Below, one piece after another: positions 61,757 to 64,000 of a DNA stretch of 64,000 bases (its first letter is position 1; every line of letters starts with the position of its first letter). Made by a program: the position numbers and the translations under genes. The notes under the pieces were generated by a model. That model made no database searches, had not been told where the DNA came from, and worked only from the letters and a program-made list of their open reading frames with translations. This DNA is from Pirellulales bacterium (GTDB taxonomy: Bacteria > Planctomycetota > Planctomycetia > Pirellulales > PALSA-1355): NCBI GenBank assembly GCA_963733035.1, contig CAVTBU010000005.1, positions 1,504,001-1,568,000 of the forward strand, in the 5' to 3' direction.

Positions 61757-63997
61757 CTACAAATCGGCGTCATAGAAATAGCTGCCGTAGCGCCCCGCAT
61801 ATTCGCTGGTAGGAATGCCGCTGATCACGACCCCAGCAACCTTCGCACCGGTGAACAGGACACGTTCCGTTGCCTTTTTCAATTGCGACTGCCGGGTCAC
61901 ATCTCGCATGGCACAGACCAGGACCGCGTCTGCGCTGCGAGCTAAGACCAGTGCCTCGCTTGCCGCCAAGACCGGCGGAGAATCAATGATCACGTAGCGG
62001 TAAGTGGCAGGGATTTCTGCAATCAGTTTCGACCAGCGTAGCTCCTCGAAAAGCTTATGTGGGTTGCTGTCCAATTCACCGGCAGGCAACACGTCGACCA
62101 ATTCGGTACGAGTTGCGACGATGGCTTCGGCGAGCGAGCTTCTGCCAGACAGAACGTCGGCGAGCCCCGGTTCGCTGGGAATCTCAAACAGACGGTGAAC
62201 GCTGGGGTCGCGTAAGTCTCCGTCAATGAGCAGCACGCGTTTCTGGGTGGCGCGGGCGATGCTTGCCGCAAGCTGAACAGCGACGCTTGTCTTGCCCTCC
62301 TTGTTGACAGCGCTGGCGATAGCCAGGATTCGTACGGACTCGGCGTTTGCTCCCAGCAGCACGCTGCTACGCAGCGCCTCGATGCTTTCCTGAAACATTT
62401 GAACGGCTCGATGCTCCCGCGGTGCCAAACGCTTGGCCTTCGAACTCCGCGTCGGCAATGCGGTAATCTCGCCGAGGACAGCCAGGTGGGCACTTTTTTC
62501 GACGTTTTCCGCCGTGCTGATCCGACCCGTCAGTTGTTCCTTCAGGACCGCCAAGCCAAACGGAGCGGCGAGTCCGGCCAGCAACGCCACCAACGCGTTC
62601 AAATAAGGTAGAGACTGAACCGGTGCTACAGGCACCTCTGCCGTTTTGCGTTCGAAGACACGACGCGGAGCGCTCTGTTCGGTTGAAAGTACAACGATGC
62701 GATCCGATATCTGGTCCAGGACATTCTCGGCCCGCTCCAGCTTGTCCTTCTCGAACATCAGCGTCACCGAATCGCCGGTGGACTGTTGAACTTTGGCCAA
62801 TTCCGCGACTCGTCGCTCTTCTAACATCGATTTAGTCAGTTGACACTTTTCAATCTCCGCCTTCAACTGTGCGATGGCCTGATGATGATCATGCAGCCGC
62901 TGCGCTTCGAGTCGAGCCTTTGTCTGCGACCGCAATTCACTCTTCCATGTTTCAAATGCCTTTTGGTTTTGCACGACGCGATCAGCCGTGCGCTGGTATT
63001 CCGAGCTGTCCTTACCTTGTGCTGCGCTGGTCAAGATGCTACTCAAGTGCAAGTTCTGATCTGCGAGGGCCTCCGCGAATTGCAGCGTTTTTGGATTTCT
63101 CTCAATCTCCGCATCAATCATCGATTCCGGGACCGCCGCGATACGCTTCAGATCCGCGGATTCAAGCGAGTGCAGTCTCTTCGTGAGCACTATCTCTTCG
63201 ACCTCGGTATTAATCAGCTGGTTGAGCAGGTCTGCCAGTGGCTTGGCTTCCGTTGCAGACGCATCGGATCCGTCTTTGAAGGGATCCCGTCCAGTGACTT
63301 GCTTCGCAATCTCGCGAACGCTCTTGCGCAACTCCTCGACCTCCTGTGAACGCCACTGAACTTCACTGCGGAGCTGATTGACGACTTCTTCCGACCGCTT
63401 CTGAAGATCGTCCTTCCGCTGTTTGAAGTATGAATCGACAATCGCATTTACCGCGCGGGCGGCTGCCTTGGGCTGCGAGCAGGTGAAGGAGACGCTGTAT
63501 AACTCAGACTCGCCGATCCGGCTGACCACGATTTGTCGGCGCAACCATTCCAACGGGTTGTCCTGTTTGTTCAATTCTGGAAGTCCGATGAGTTCCCGTT
63601 CTGCTATCACCGGACGGACGACCATCGGGCTTCGCAGCAACTCAATTTGCGTGGCAACAAAGGCTTTTGACGATGATCCTTGATCCTTGGACTCGAACGC
63701 CAGGAAGGGAACGTGCTCCTCGATTTGGATCCACGCCGAGGCCTCGTATTTCGGGACGAAAAGCCAGTACACCGTCAGGCTCGCCACCGTTCCGAGCACG
63801 ATTCCCGCTGGCAATGCCCACTTCCACCAGAATCGGATGGCATCGATGATCCGACGCGGACTGAGTCCGGTATCGGACTCAGCAGCAGGATGTACCACGC
63901 GCGGCGGACGCGTGGGTACAGAATTACGCGCGATTGGCACCAGACTTCGCGATGCTTCCTGATTCGATGGGTCGTGTTTTTGCGAGGTGTCAGTCAT
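61757..63997 (-). CDS. polysaccharide co-polymerase / tyrosine autokinase (Wzc-like)
   Basis: Two TM segments around a periplasmic coiled coil, Walker A SAVNKEGKTS, LLIDGDLR, IIDSPPV, C-terminal Tyr cluster EYAGRYGSYFYD. Confidence 0.95.
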   Translation of the reverse strand: MTDTSQKHDPSNQEASRSLVPIARNSVPTRPPRVVHPAAESDTGLSPRRIIDAIRFWWKWALPAGIVLGTVASLTVYWLFVPKYEASAWIQIEEHVPFLAFESKDQGSSSKAFVATQIELLRSPMVVRPVIAERELIGLPELNKQDNPLEWLRRQIVVSRIGESELYSVSFTCSQPKAAARAVNAIVDSYFKQRKDDLQKRSEEVVNQLRSEVQWRSQEVEELRKSVREIAKQVTGRDPFKDGSDASATEAKPLADLLNQLINTEVEEIVLTKRLHSLESADLKRIAAVPESMIDAEIERNPKTLQFAEALADQNLHLSSILTSAAQGKDSSEYQRTADRVVQNQKAFETWKSELRSQTKARLEAQRLHDHHQAIAQLKAEIEKCQLTKSMLEERRVAELAKVQQSTGDSVTLMFEKDKLERAENVLDQISDRIVVLSTEQSAPRRVFERKTAEVPVAPVQSLPYLNALVALLAGLAAPFGLAVLKEQLTGRISTAENVEKSAHLAVLGEITALPTRSSKAKRLAPREHRAVQMFQESIEALRSSVLLGANAESVRILAIASAVNKEGKTSVAVQLAASIARATQKRVLLIDGDLRDPSVHRLFEIPSEPGLADVLSGRSSLAEAIVATRTELVDVLPAGELDSNPHKLFEELRWSKLIAEIPATYRYVIIDSPPVLAASEALVLARSADAVLVCAMRDVTRQSQLKKATERVLFTGAKVAGVVISGIPTSEYAGRYGSYFYDADL

Positions 63998-64000
63998 GGC

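Overview
This is a Planctomycetota-type (Pirellulales-like) cell-envelope region. The taxonomy is inferred from LEPRxLL leaders, planctomycete ECF sigma factors and an ECF-Ser/Thr kinase pair. The left half (1-33.6 kb) holds the kinase/ECF operon, a second ECF sigma, two PEP-CTERM proteins, a truncated WYL-type regulator, an intact IS3 element and three large secreted proteins built from shared near-identical DNA blocks. Protein A (5642-16600, minus) is a gingipain-like C25 peptidase plus about 14 cadherin-like repeats plus LamG/PKD modules. Protein B (20848-24012, plus) carries the same C25 block as a 1.9-kb inverted repeat. Protein C (26589-33574, minus) is a beta-helix head plus the same LamG/PKD block as a 4.2-kb direct repeat. 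The inverted repeats enclose the divergent 5' ends of A and B, which makes the segment a candidate invertible surface-protein switch. The right half (34.2-64 kb) is a minus-strand Wzx/Wzy exopolysaccharide cluster of the PEP-CTERM/exosortase-associated type (Wzc, TPR protein, EpsI, priming transferase, two deacetylases, six GTs, Wzy/ligase, FkbM, two PaaK/CapK-like ligases, Wzx, AsnB-like amidotransferase, GNAT). It is interrupted by an IS5, two inverted IS701-like remnants and two MITE-like elements. About a dozen 1-2 nt frameshifts are more likely consensus errors than true pseudogenisation. No rRNA, tRNA or CRISPR array was seen.
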